From: Chrysomallon squamiferum
Taxonomy: Eukaryota; Animalia; Mollusca
DNA: 64,000 nt
Direction: 5' to 3'
Assembly: GCA_012295275.1 (NCBI GenBank)
Contig: CM022665.1
Span: 13,082,001-13,146,000, forward strand
Position numbers and translations under genes: made by a program. Below, piece by piece: positions 39,953 through 54,696 of the stretch (the first letter of the stretch is position 1; every line of letters starts with the position of its first letter). A model generated the notes under the pieces. It was not told the DNA's origin. It made no database searches and saw only the letters and a program-made list of their open reading frames with translations.

Positions 39953-42900
39953 TAACAATAACAACAACAACAACAACAACAACAACAATTCATATTCATC
40001 AAGTGACCAAGCTAATTGAATGTGCATTAACAAGATTTAGTGAGCGAGGATAGAAGAGTAGTTTGGAATTAAATATATAATAATTAAATTAAAAAAAAGC
40101 AACCTAGACTAATCAAATGTGCAAATAAATGCATTTAACCAGAAGCTGTGAAATAATTAAACAAACCTTCTGTAACTGTCCTTTCAACATTACAATCTCA
40201 CTACGCAACTCTCGAATAAGGGCAACATTTGGATCCTGGAATAATGAAATAAAATAAATACTTAAAATATTATTAACAAATTATGTATTTAAAATTTAGA
40301 GTAAATGAAATTTAAAAGAATTAGATAATTTATAATAATACTCTTTTATGAATGTCAGTTTTTGTACAGAATATTGTTAATACAAATTTAGTCATAAATA
40401 TTTTGTTTATTTTATTTTATTATTTTGTTTTTTCCCCTGTATTTAAAACTTTGAAGATAATAAAATTGTATTTATTTTGGTTGTTGAATAATTAGTGACT
40501 AGATAAACTGTATAATTTTGTCTGTGTATTTATATTAAAAACACTGCTACAGAACTTGGCAATTAATTCTTAATAAAATGAACTACAACGGGTTTTTTTT
40601 TTTTGAGGGTCAAACTGCCAAACAACATAACGATGAATACTCTTTGTTTCCACTGTAATTTCTGTTTATTTATTCTTTCCTGCATTTTCTTTTTACTATA
40701 ATGATGCCCAACAAAAATTTGGTAATGAGATCCCTTAGAACAAAAATAAGGAAATATCTTGAACAGTAAAGATACCTCTTAAAACAGTACCTTGTTAAGG
40801 AAACATCTTTATAAAGAGATCCCTTAGAGTAGTACCTTGATGAAGATACCCCGTAGAACAATAACTTGGTAAAGAAAACCCTTGGAACAGTAAAGAAACG
40901 CTTTAGAATAGTGCCTTGGTAATGAGACCTATTAGACCAGTAAGTTAATGTGTCTCACCTCATTGACTTTTGGTTTATTGATGATGCTCTTTGCTCTTTG
41001 TGCATACCTCAGTGTACTTAGTGTCTCATTGTAGTATATACTGGCTGGTGTGATAGCTAATTGTGGTTTTAAAAATAATGTTAATTAACACTTACTATGA
41101 CTCTGAAACATATTTATGAAATTTTTTAAATAAACTGAAAATGATTATATATATATACACGCACACACACATATATAAAATTATTGCTAAGTAATAAATT
41201 ATTGAAAATGTTTAATTTTCAAAAATAATAATTTCAAACATCATCATCAAGTTAAAATATGTATCAGTTTATAAGTATGTTTATATGTTTTTGTATTAGC
41301 ATATTTTGTATGTGTATGTGTTATTATTTTTAATATCAAAAATGTTTTCATAAACTCTGAAAAGAAATAACTGTAATAAATATAACTGAAACAAAAACCA
41401 CTACTATAATAAAAATATATAATAATAATAAGAAGAAGAAAAATAATATCAAAAATAAATATAAACTAATAATAACAAAGATGACTACAACAACATTATT
41501 AAATAATAATAACAACAACAACAATAACAATAATAACAGATAAATAAATAAATAAACATACTTGAGATCATGATGGTTTTTGAGTTTCCTCCGAGACTGT
41601 CTTTGAGAAGCCATGTTAGAACAGAATCACGATAAGGTATGTACAGTGACCTCTGTTTCCGGGACCCACCTGTTCCACCCACATTTTCACCCACTGAACC
41701 CGTCATTACATTCTGACTTGATCCAACATTATCTAAACTCCATGACAGGAGTGACTTTTCAGCTGAGAATGAAAATAATAATAATAATAATAATAATTAC
41801 AATAATTACAATAATAATATGACAATAAAATAATAAAAATAACAACATTAACAATAATAATAATAATAAGGAGAACAACAACAGTTGCACCAATAGTGAT
41901 AACGTGTAAAAATTTATTTTGAAATATAAAATTACACATTTTATTAAAACTTTCACATGATAAAACAAACACAAAAAGTAGGTCCATAGATAACAAAACA
42001 ACATTATAGATTATTGGTAAAAAGGAGAGAAACAAATCAAATTATTAAAAATAAAGAAATAAAATACTTACCCAGAGCTTTGATAACATTGCCAAGGGTT
42101 ACTAGGGATTTGTTGATGTTGGCCCCTTCCTTTAACCTCCCTCTGTATTCTGAACTGTAGGATGGGTCAGCTCTCTCACTAAAATGAAACAATGAACTTT
42201 TAATTTAAAATTTTATAAAATATATATATATATAAAAATAAAAATCATTGACATAATACAATTGATATGAAAGTCCATCAACAGACCTGCATCACTCTGT
42301 TACCAATTAAAGTTAAAGCATACAGAGCAGAAAATTAGGTGTATAAATTCACAGGGCTCGCATTATTATTTATTACTTTTAGACCATAGAAAGAATTTCC
42401 AATTTAGCTAAATAATTTGCAAAAGACTTCTTTTTTTTTCAGTCAGTTTCAACAAATGCCTCATTCTGTGATTATTCTGAATGCCATTTGATTAAGATTA
42501 TGTCTTCAGCTCTAAGTTTACAGTAAAAATATAAACTACTCAATACTACAAATCAAGACATTAAAATAGTAGTAATAAATATTAAATTCTATGTCAGAAA
42601 ATATTTATTGTATTTTGAGTTTTGTATTTCATTAGAAGCTGAGAATAATCTTTTTTTTAAATTAATATTATTTCATCTCAGATTTGTTTGTTTATAAATA
42701 CTTAGCTACATTTATCACTATATACTGTTAAACTATATCATATTTTCTTGACAACAATAACTCAAAATTGGTGTCTCTGAATGTTTATTTTTCAGTTCAA
42801 CCATACTAACAGCAAGCACTTATTTCTTATATTTACTCTGACATCACAGAAGACAGGTATAAATAACAAGTAAAAGCAATAACATACATTTGTTTCTATT

Positions 42901-45900
42901 AAGATCACAAAGTGAAATACAATCAATATCTGATGATTAGTTGTATAGTAAGCGATTTGCTTCTCTGTCAGTTTACTAATCATTACAGAGAAGGACATCA
43001 CAGAAATACTTGTTCAATGGGTGTGGCAGTTTGTTAAGTGGTCTCTAGGGGTGATGAAAGATCTAAACATTTGTTTCACTTTTCTGTTACAGCTATGTCA
43101 GTGTTTGCTGGAGAAATGATCTGAGGGAACTGAATGTAGAAAAAACATAATATTTGTGTCTATAGTTTGCCATTGGATTTAGAGACTGTTTTTTTTCTTC
43201 AGGGAACAGTTTTCTGATTCATGAAAATAAAGAAGGGGCTTGGGTATGCAATGAAATCTTAATGATTTTGTGTTTTGTTATTAAATTTTAGTTGAGTGCT
43301 TTACCACTGTAATAAGCTAACATATTTTTTATTATAGATTAGGGTTTGAGTTGGTCATATGTATAGGAAATTGTGTCTCTGTGACTGAGATAAAATAAAT
43401 AGTTAGGTTGACAATGACACTATCAAAGTGCAGTCAAGTGTGTCATGAATTTGATATTTGATAATAATCTCATCTTTGTGAAAACTATGTATTGTGTGTC
43501 TACAGATTCAATATAACAAATCCATATATATAAACAGAAACACAAAAACACAGACATAACCGTATCAACACACACATATATATATGCATCCTTGTGAACA
43601 TACACGCAATTACACACATATGAACACATACAAACACATACACACAAACAAATATATGTATACATACACTGGCATATGTATGTACTTAGTTATTTATTAT
43701 ACCATTATTTCTTCTTTAATATGTACCTAAATTTAATACAAAACATATTAACATAAACAAATATATAGTCACACACACAAACACAAGCAAACAACCATCC
43801 ATATAAATATACATCAAAAATATACAAAGACAAAGTCACATAGAGCATTAACTGTATTTATTATGTTTAGTACACAACAATTACAGCCACATAAACATGT
43901 ACACATAGGTATATATAAAAAAAAGAAACCCACACACATTCACACGTTATACGCACACATTTTATTCATTACATGTCAACCAACATATACACATAAGCAC
44001 ACAAATACCCACACACCCACAACCACACATACATACAGTGAATAAAGAGTGTAATATATCATGACTGTCTATTGCTAAAAGTGTATATTGTCTGTGAATA
44101 CAATCAATACAATATGTTATCTATCATAAATCAACACTGCAGTTTATAGATCTGTGTAACTTGGTAAACACCAGTGATTTAGAAAATATGTTTTAGAAAG
44201 ATCATACTTATCTTTTGTTATTTGTAAAACAGAAAACAATTGTTGTTGGCACTCCTGTAGGTCTTAAATATCTTTATATTGTTAACTATGATATTTTTCA
44301 ATTATAACAGTATTTATTTTTGATGTTAGAAATTTGTGAACATTTGTTTTTTTTTAAAGAAATTGTTTATTGTTATGTTATTTCACTTTTACATATTATT
44401 ATTATTATTATTAATGTATGTCATAAATTAGTTTCTTATTAAATATCAAATTTTTCAATGTTGTATCTTTGAGACATTAATTTCTGTATACTGGTGTTGA
44501 TGACTTTCAGAATTAGAAGACATTTTCATATTTAATATAAAACATGCATAGGATTATATATTTCAAATCTATTATTTATTTATTTATGTTAGTAAAGTAC
44601 TAAATCACTATTTTTGTTATTTATTTATTATTATCAATAGTGTTAATACTTTATTATTATTATCATCATCATTATTTTAAAAATGAAACAATAATAAAAA
44701 TTAATTTAAAACTTAAAAAGAAATAAATAAATATATAAGTAAATTAAAGTGAAATAAAGTAAATTAAACTAAAGATTAAAAGAAAATAGTAATAAAAATA
44801 ATAAAATAAAATAAAATAGAAGCTGGATCAGCAGGGATTGAACTCATGACCTTCAGATCACAAATAAGATCTGTCAAACATTTTAAGCTTCACACAAACA
44901 GGTAATAAGAACTGATGTAGGATATCTGCCAAAAATGACAGGAATGTAATCTTGTACTTCACAGGTATATTATTACTGGTGATCATGCAGGCAGGCAGCA
45001 CCTCACAAACATAACAACTATTTGTTAATATCAGTCTGCTTTTAAGACGCTTTTATGCTGCATAACTTGTCAAACCATCTTCCAGCAACAAATAAATCAG
45101 TAAATTAACAAATGATCAAAACAATGATGATACAAATGATCTGATGAATGAATGATCAAATAAATAAATAAAAGAATGAATGAAAGAACATTTAATGAAT
45201 TAATTAACATATTTTTAAGATTCAATGTTATTGGTCTCAGTCATCGTGAGAAAATCCTGTGCAACCTATTTGTGGGCTATTCTTACTAATTAACAACCTT
45301 CCCATAGAGTGTGGTGTAGAAACAGCACTCTGAGGAAGACTAGTCATGTGATTTATCACATCTCACTGAGATGATCTAATCTCGGCCATTATTTTGACTT
45401 GTTAAATGCAAATAAATAATCATTTTAAATTTTATATAATCTATTAGTCCCTTTTTGATACACAAACAAAATATATTTTTACTTTTATTTTTCAGTAATA
45501 TCCAGTCATCACTAGAAGTAGATATAAAAAATTAGAATCAAATTTCTTTTTTATTATTATTAATATTAAACTGTATCTTTTACTTTTTCAAGGATCTGAT
45601 TCAAAAATAGACAATACAAACTATATTCCATCATCACTGGAAGTAAAAACTGTAGTCAACAGTCAATTTTTTCCCCATTACTATCAAACTGTATTTAACA
45701 CTCAACTATTCATGTTTTTAAGTTGTTGCAACTTCAGTAAATATTACAAGTCATATGACACAAACTGTTACTACAAATTAAGTAGTGAGAATGCTGCTTT
45801 AGCTATAATCAGTAAACCATTGTTAAAAGTTAGTGAGGCAGTTCTTTAAATTTTAATAATAGTTTTTTAGTTTTATAGAAAAAATATTGGCAGAAATGTA

Positions 45901-46587
45901 TCTCTATATAAACTTAAGTTATATAATTATTTTACAGCCAGTAATCATTTTTTATTTTTTGTTTTTTAAAATATTGTTTGTTACTTGTTTTAGGTGTTCA
46001 GCTGACATAAAAACTATAAAAATAAAAAACTGAAAAGAAATAAAGTTAAAAATTAGATGATTTATTTTATTTTATTTTATTCATATTGTTTTGTAACCAG
46101 TTAAAGAACAATGAACAAAGATAATTAAAAAAAAAAAATGTTTTCATTTAGTTTTAGGTTTTTTTTTTACTTTTACTTTTTAAATATTTTATTGTTATTA
46201 ATTTTCTATGTTCAGTTCATGTTTACAAATTAGTGGGATTTTCATTTTTTATAGTGTTTTAATTTAGTTAATTTTTATAACAATAAAAATGTATAATAAC
46301 TGCTACATAACAACAATAAAATAATAATAATAAAAAATAAAAAAAACAATAATAATAAAAATAAATAAATAAATAAAATACTAACTTATCATAAAAGGAC
46401 TGGTACTTGTTTATGTCCCAAAGGCATAAATATTTAAACAAAACTATATTGTTTTTAATATTTTTTTTATTAAAATACAATAAATGCTTAAATATTTGGG
46501 AATATACAGAAGAAGGATTTATTTAAAATAAAAACTGAAAAACAGAAAAGTGAAAAAGTATGCATGTGTATTTAATTTTGTTCTGTC

Positions 46588-46670
<83 letters not shown>

Positions 46671-48142
46671 TTGTTCTTACCTTCCAGCGAGATCAACAAG
46701 GTGAATTTTGCTGACAATTTCATGAGGGAGGCCATCTTCAATCATTGCCTGCAGTATATCAAGTATAAACATTTTAAAATAAAAATTAATATTTAGTTAA
46801 TGAACATCAAAAATATCTAAGTATGAGAGAGCATTTGTTTAACAATTAAACTTCACATCTTTTCATTTAAAGTCATCAATTTATTTATTTATTTATTGTT
46901 ATTGTTCAATATGAGTAACAACAAAGTTTCTAACTCCCAAAGAAAGGACTCTTTTCACTTATGTAATCCTTTCCTAAATTATTTACAAATAGGACATAAC
47001 ATACCAAAGAAGAAAACTCAGCTTTTGATAAAAAAAAAAAAAGAAGTCAGTATGCTCAGAAGAATTGTTCCTGCTACCTACAGCTCATCAGATTAAAACA
47101 AATAATTTATTTTTTAACTTTTGGATGATCAGTGGATGATTGATGGATGGACTTTAGAGACTTATCACTGAATGTTCAAATGGTGGTGAGTGAGAGAGTT
47201 TTCAGTTTGCAACAGATAGAAAATCTGTATATATATATACTGACCTCATTTTTTCTGTAAATTTAAAAAAAAAAAAAAGTTTTTTAAGAGAGATTTTATA
47301 AAACAGCACCAGAGTTGTAAGTAATTTTTAATGTTTTGCGAATGGATCGAGCTTCTGAAATAAAACTTGGACAGAGTTTTGAAAACCACCTCAAGCCCCA
47401 ACACTTGAAAACTATTTTTATAATCACTGTTGTACAAACAGATAATGTAATAATGTCTCTGCTTTTTCCCATTGCTATAATAACACCTTCTATCCTCACA
47501 GCTGTCTGCATGCAAATTGCTCTAATAACCAGCCTCAAATCTTCACAGCTGATTTCATAGATAAGCTTTATGATAAACACCCCCTCCTCCTACTGCAGTG
47601 TACACAGTGACTTCAAGCATCAGACCCCCCCTCCACAGTCCCTCCCCACCTCACTACCCTGCCTGGTTTGTAATCTGATACAGATTAAGCTGGAATTGCT
47701 ACACCAGACGAAAAGTGCAGTCTGCTGGTGAGGGAATGTGTAAAGAAAATTTAAGAAGAAAAAAAAAGAAAAATAATATTACAAAATATAACACAGGAGA
47801 ATGTTGAGTATGCACATGAAAAACACTTGCAGAAACATCAACAAGAAACTGATGACAGATTAAGAACCTGTATATCATAACCAAAATTAGGTGTATGAGT
47901 TACAAATGTTTTCTTCTTTTTTTTTAGGTGTATGAGTTACAAATGTTTTACTTCTACTGATTATATATTTAGTATATATCTTTATTTGTAGTAAATACTT
48001 GTCAAATCAAAATACTATTATTCTTTGTATGTACTGCTTAACTGTTTATTATTCATTTAATACATATATCTTTGTGTATTCCTCAAATCAAAATGAGTAA
48101 ATTTGTTATAAAATACTTTTTATCTCATTATTATGTATTTAT

Positions 48143-48173
<31 letters not shown>

Positions 48174-48379
48174 TTTAAATAGTCTTCAAATAAAATTACT
48201 GTTATTTTTTTTATTTTTTTTTAAATATTTTTTATATGCTGAATAGTCGTTAAACATTCATTTGACTGCAATATTTCTTGACACCCAGTAGTGTTATTAA
48301 TTACTTTTTAATTTTAATTTTATTTTATTATTTATTTATATATTTATTTCTTCTTCTTTTTTTATTATTATTATTAGTA

Positions 48380-48411
<32 letters not shown>

Positions 48412-49671
48412 TATTATTATTAGTAGTAGTAGCAGTATTTTTATTATTATTATTATTACTATTATTATTATTATTATTATTTTGTGGTGTCATTAAACAA
48501 TCATTTATTTTAAATATTTTACAACTAGCTCTTGTTTTTAACAAGAAAACAGAAACTGACATTTTTGCATCAGCAAGCTCATAAAGAAATGGTTGGTTGG
48601 ATAGAAAAGGAAAGAAAGAAAGGATGAATGAATGTACAAAAAGACGGAAGACAGGAGGGAACTCAGAAATGAAGTAATCGCTATGAATAATTTTTTACAG
48701 AGGATAGATGAATGAATAAAGAAAAATAGAGGGACATACAGATGGATGGAAAGAAGGACAGACAAAATATACGAATGTTGAACTAACAAATCTTTGGAGA
48801 AAAAAAAGATGGAAAAAAATAAATGAAATAAGAATCAGTGTGTGTGTGTGGTTAGGTATGTATGTTGGTATATGTGTATGTGAATGTGTGAAAATATTAT
48901 ATAAATATATACTGCCTTCATTTAATTTAGTAAAAAGGTAAATAAATATAAATAAAACAATAAAAAAAACAGCTATTCAAAATTACATGACCTTGCCTGT
49001 AGGACAGAACCAATTTAGAGATAATAATAAAACAATATAAAAACATTTTTCATTCTCAAACAGTAGTAAAAATTAATGTCAATGAATATTCAATGAAGCT
49101 GTCAAAAATAGCTCAACAAATTACTGTGACATTAATCAGTGAATAATTAATCATTTTCATAAGTAATTACATATTTTCACCAAGGCCATTTCTCAGACTG
49201 GGGTAGTCAATCATCTATTGGTTTGTTTCAGACAGGCTAATTAGAAACTCAACTAAGAAGTGTCTCTTTGTGGAAAGTGGAGATTCATATAATTGTTTAT
49301 AAACATACAGATTGACTGAATCAGCATATTACAAGTGTATCTTTAATGGTGTATATATATATATTTCAGTAAATAGCCAAAAAATATTTCCTGCAACAAA
49401 TAAAATGATGAATAGGAAACATACACAGTGTGTTAATGTTAATCTTTTGTAAAATCAAAAAATACACTTGAGTAAGTTGTGGATAGGCAATATATGTATA
49501 TCAGATAAATTGCAAAATAAATTTAAAAAAAAAAGGGTAAATGTAATAGTTTTTATTTATGAATGGAATGATGTATGTTTTGTATTCAGTATCTGTGCAT
49601 TCATTTATATATAAATTTAAGTATAAATACATGTGTCAGTGTATGGATGTATGTATAAGTCACTATGTGCA

Positions 49672-49702
<31 letters not shown>

Positions 49703-50781
49703 TTGTATGTGTATGTGTGTATGTTGTTTGTGGATAACTTAGTTGGGATAGTTATATGTGTATATGTTTGTCTTCTGTGTGTATATAAATAATTAAGGGG
49801 GGACTGTTTTAATTTAAATATATATGTGTGTATATATGTTCTATATGGATGTATGTTTATGTGTCTATGCCAGTATGTTAAGTAAGCTAAGATTGTTTTA
49901 ACAGTATAAATATGTTAATGCATGTGTGTATATATGTCTGTATGAATGTGTTTGCATGTCTATTTGTATCTATGTATAGGTATCTGTACGTATTGGTTGA
50001 AATGTCTGTATATGTGTCTGTATGTCTGCATGTGTTTGTCTAGATATATAGATATATATATATGTAAGTAGATAACTAAACTGGGATCTGTGTATATAAG
50101 CTGATACATCCTTTACCCTACAAAATAAACAGAATAATCAAGCAGCCACACACATCACTGTGTAAACCTGCAGAGTTTATAGTTTTTAGATGAGCTTTGA
50201 AGTTAGTGTTTGTTTTCACTGACCAGGTTAACACTCCTATGTCCAGTTTTTAACTGCAGACAGATACACTTTCTGATAACAGGTGAGTAAATAGGACCCA
50301 GGGCCTGTCACAGGAGGGGGCATGTCATGATCGGTCAATAGGGGGAATGTTTACACAGATGTTATCATTAGTTACAGAGGGGGTACTGCATACAACAAGG
50401 AAGTGATTGGAATGGATGTATTAACATGTGTGTGTGTGTGTGTGGGGGTTACATGTACAGTGCATGTCTGTGGAATTAATATAATGTTAAGTATAAATTA
50501 ATGTAGAATGTGAATAACAGTTGCCAGGGATAGTCTCTGGGAGGGGTTTATAGGCTATGCCTGAATCTCTTAACAGAGGCGATAGTTATGACATTCTAGC
50601 ATTGGTCACTGGATTGTGTGTTAAACATATTTTAAGATGTTTATTGGATAGATTTGGTAGCCAAATTTGTCAACAGAAGAAATATATTAAAACAGAAAGA
50701 ACAGACAGACAGACAGACGAGAGAGAGAAAACGAAATCGAGAGAAAGAAAGAGGGAAGAAGAGACAAAAAAGAAAGAAGAC

Positions 50782-50835
<54 letters not shown>

Positions 50836-52108
50836 CGAGAAAGAGAAACAAAGAGAAAAAGGAGAGATACACAATCAAATAAAAGTTTTATAAAAATGTA
50901 CCTGTGTGTACACTATGGTAACAATTGCATGACTTCTGCTGCTGTGTTCGTGCATGTGTGTTGCAGCAGTTGTCCTGAAAAAGTTTGAAAAAGTAAAATA
51001 AGCATTTCAGCATAAATGACTGATCACTGATATTCTAGTGAAATGGATATTGTGTTGGTAGTAGCAGTAGTAGTAATAATAACAACAACAATAATAATAA
51101 CAATAATAATAATAACAACAATAATAATAATATCAAGAATAACTGAATATTTTTGCTAATACACTGAAATTCAAATCTGAAGATAAAAACAGTGTGTTTC
51201 ATTGTTAATCATAAAAAATTCAACACAAAATTTAGGTTTACTCTTAAAATATCCTATGTCTACTTTTAATATCTGTTAATGTAAAAATCATATAAGACAT
51301 TGTTAAACTTTTTTTTTTATTGATTTGTTAAACAGATACAGAATAAAGATTTAAAAATTACTGCTAACCTGTTTTCATTTCCTCTATCTATAAGTGTCTG
51401 GAAATCACTAATATCTTTGGCAAAATGCTTAGTGAGACCTGAAAAATTCAAACATATTTATAAATCATAATTATCTATTGCATAAGAATAATGACCCTTA
51501 AGTTTTGAAATGCATTAAATAATTTAAATTATTTGTAAATAAAAATTACCCTAATCTGGCCATACAGTGATTACAACAGTAATAATAAGATTTTAAATTC
51601 ACCTTGCACATAGGGGCCCTCTTTGGGGTGTTCTCTCACTTTGAGTGTGTATTTCTCGCTTTGACGGGGTGAAACCTTCAGCAGATCTCTCACTCTTTCA
51701 TTGTAGATTTCATGATAGCTAAAACAGTTAAAAAACAATTATAATTAATTATAAATGCTGACAGGTTCTGTAAACTCTGTTTTTTTTATTTTATTTTTTT
51801 TATCAAAGCAATTCTTTTTTTTATCTGCAAGGTTCATGAATTCATATATTTAGAGATTAGAAGATTATATACCTAAATTATTAGTAACAATCTTTCTTAT
51901 ATTTTGTAAAAAAAAAATAATAATAATAATAAATAAATCAATAAATAAATAATCATAGAAAAAAAGATGTGTTGCCATAATAACAGATATTTCTATAGAA
52001 TAAATGAGAATGCTTTTTTCTCTCCATCCTCTTCACTAAATTTAAAAAAAAAAATTAATATAATTTCTAATTATAAGAGAACATTTAAGTGAACTATTAG
52101 AATGGATG

Positions 52109-52149
<41 letters not shown>

Positions 52150-54647
52150 AACCTTTATCCTGATTTGCTGAAGAATGGCCTAGATATTAATTTTGTATAC
52201 AAATAATGACCAACAAAACTTTAAAAAAAATGTGTTGTTGAAAAATATTGGTTCCAAGGATTAAAAAGAAATGTTACAGGAAAAAGAGAAAAAGAACTGA
52301 AAAGGATTGTTTCTAAACTTTAGTGAAAAGATACATGTTTTGCATAAAACGTACCTGATTTCAACTTTGACTGTTTTGTTCTCACAGTCTTCATCATCAA
52401 TATGGCTGAACAAGCCCTACAGAAGAAAACAAATGAAAAAAAAGAAACTGAGACAGAAACATCGGATTGACTCTGAGTTTTTCTAAACAAAGAACAATAG
52501 AACAATTACATATAATCTTGTGTCACAAAAAGCTTTCACAGTCGCCTGGGTTGTTAAATCTATCTTAATATTTATGTCATATTTATGCAGGTGACATGCA
52601 TTATTCAATTCTCTTGTGGTAGCAGATGAAAGTATGGAGAGATAGAAAAATATTTTCTTCAGTAATGCAAGTCTCTGGTTTCTGTAATAAGGGATGGATT
52701 TATTAAAAGACAGAAAAACGCAGACAAAAGATAATTATGCTGCATTTTGATGATTACAGCATTTCTTTATTTTAGTACTCAAGTGTACGTTTGTATGCAC
52801 ATAGGGTGTGTGTGTGTATGAGTCTGTGTGTGATTGCATGCATGTGTGTGTGCATGTGTGTTGGTGGGTCTGGGTTTTTGCCTGCCAGTGTGGATGTATG
52901 CCTGTGTCTGTCTGTCTGTCTGTGTATGTGTGTGGGTGTGTGTGTGTTTGAAAAGAGACAGAAAAAACAATAAGCAAAACAAACCAAAATCACAAATACA
53001 TTAACTGGGTGTATCAGGATAAACATTTAAAATATAGTTTCTGCTAGTTTCTACTGTGACAATGGAAAGACATGGTAAAGCAGACCCCAAAACATCAATA
53101 CACTGATACTGGTAATATTGCTTTAATTCTGTGTGACTTTTAACTTATGTATGTCAAGTTCAGAGAGACAAAACAGAAAAGACAGAGAAGCTCATTGGTA
53201 GCATATCACAGGATCCAAATTTTTGGGCTGTCATTTTTGTTCTCATGGTTTTTCTTTTTCTTTCTTGCTTTCTTTCTTTCTTTTTTTTATATTTATACTG
53301 TCTTTTGTTTTTCATGTAAGTGTAAATGATGAAATTTTATCTTTAGGTTTTTTTTGGGAGTGTTGTTATCTTCAATAATTTGTTTTTGAGCTTATTTTAT
53401 TTGCTGATTTAATTTATTTTATTTCATTTTAATTTGTTTTATTTGATTTATTTGTTTACTGTTATAAACAGGGTTCTTTTTTTTTTCATGGTCAGTGCTC
53501 TTTCAGATTAAATCTGTTTCCTTTCATGCTAAGGAATTATTTTTATTTATATATTAATTTATTTATATATAAATTGATTGTTCTGCTTCTTTATACCTTA
53601 CACTTGAGAAGAATTCTATAACTAGCAGTTACAGTGTATAGTTTGACATCAATCATATCTATGAGCTATATATACAGTGACAGACAATGGGGAACCATGA
53701 CCACTAAATCAAATTCAGAAAACGAATTGTAGTTTGAAAAATAAAATATACAAAATAAAAAATAAGAATACAGGTGCAACAGAAATAAAGAAATATTTTA
53801 AATTTCAACAGAATTTTACTTCCTTCGAAATAAATATGTAAACACCAAAATTATCCCATTTAGAATTCTCAAAAGTATATTCATTATTTTTCAAGTTTAT
53901 ACTAGAGGAAGGGGAGCAATAAGATATGTTTGACCCTGGGGCATCAATAAGACTGTATACTACAGTGAAATTTTACACAAAAGATTCAGACAAAGTTTAT
54001 TTGTTGTTCCGATGTGCCAACAACCAAAAAATGTAAACATTCCCTCCTAGATAATTGATTTTCATCTTACAGTCAGAGAAAAATAAAGAAGACCCACAAA
54101 CAGTGGATTTTACTGAAAAAGAAAATAAAGCCAATACGGTTGAATCACCTGACAACACAGGTACGCCTAATTCTAGGTACTACACAGGTACAAAGGCCAC
54201 ATTTTCCCCATCATTAAGCAAGTATTTTGAACGTGAACAATGTAGTGGTTCATGATAATACAAGTCAAAACACATCGTATTTGTTAACTGTAAACCCAAT
54301 GACTACATTGAAAACTGGACATTATAGCCGACCATTTAATATGGTGGTTTATGGTCAGTCAAGTAAATAAGGACACCGTTCAAGACTTGTTATTTATTAA
54401 TTTGTTTTGTTTTGGGTATTTTCTTAGTGGTAGTAGTAGTAGTAGTAGTAGCAGCAGTAATAATGAAAATAATAACATAAATAATCATTAAATATGACAT
54501 TCATAATATTAATTATTAATCTTTTGAATTATTTTAATTTTTATAATTTATTTATTTGTTATTTTATTCTTAATTTTTTTTTTTAATTGTTAAGGTGGAA
54601 GTGGTTTTATTTTTTCTGTTTTTGACTTTCTTATTTTTTTTTTTTTT

Positions 54648-54696
<49 letters not shown>

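Noticed and set aside
43050-43125. C/D-box snoRNA-like GTGATGA...CTGA
   Set aside because: Antisense to the host gene, with no terminal stem and no recognisable rRNA guide.
50245-50290. Plus-strand cag|23 nt|gtgagt suggesting a nested antisense gene
   Set aside because: No partner exons or coherent ORF could be assembled on the plus strand.
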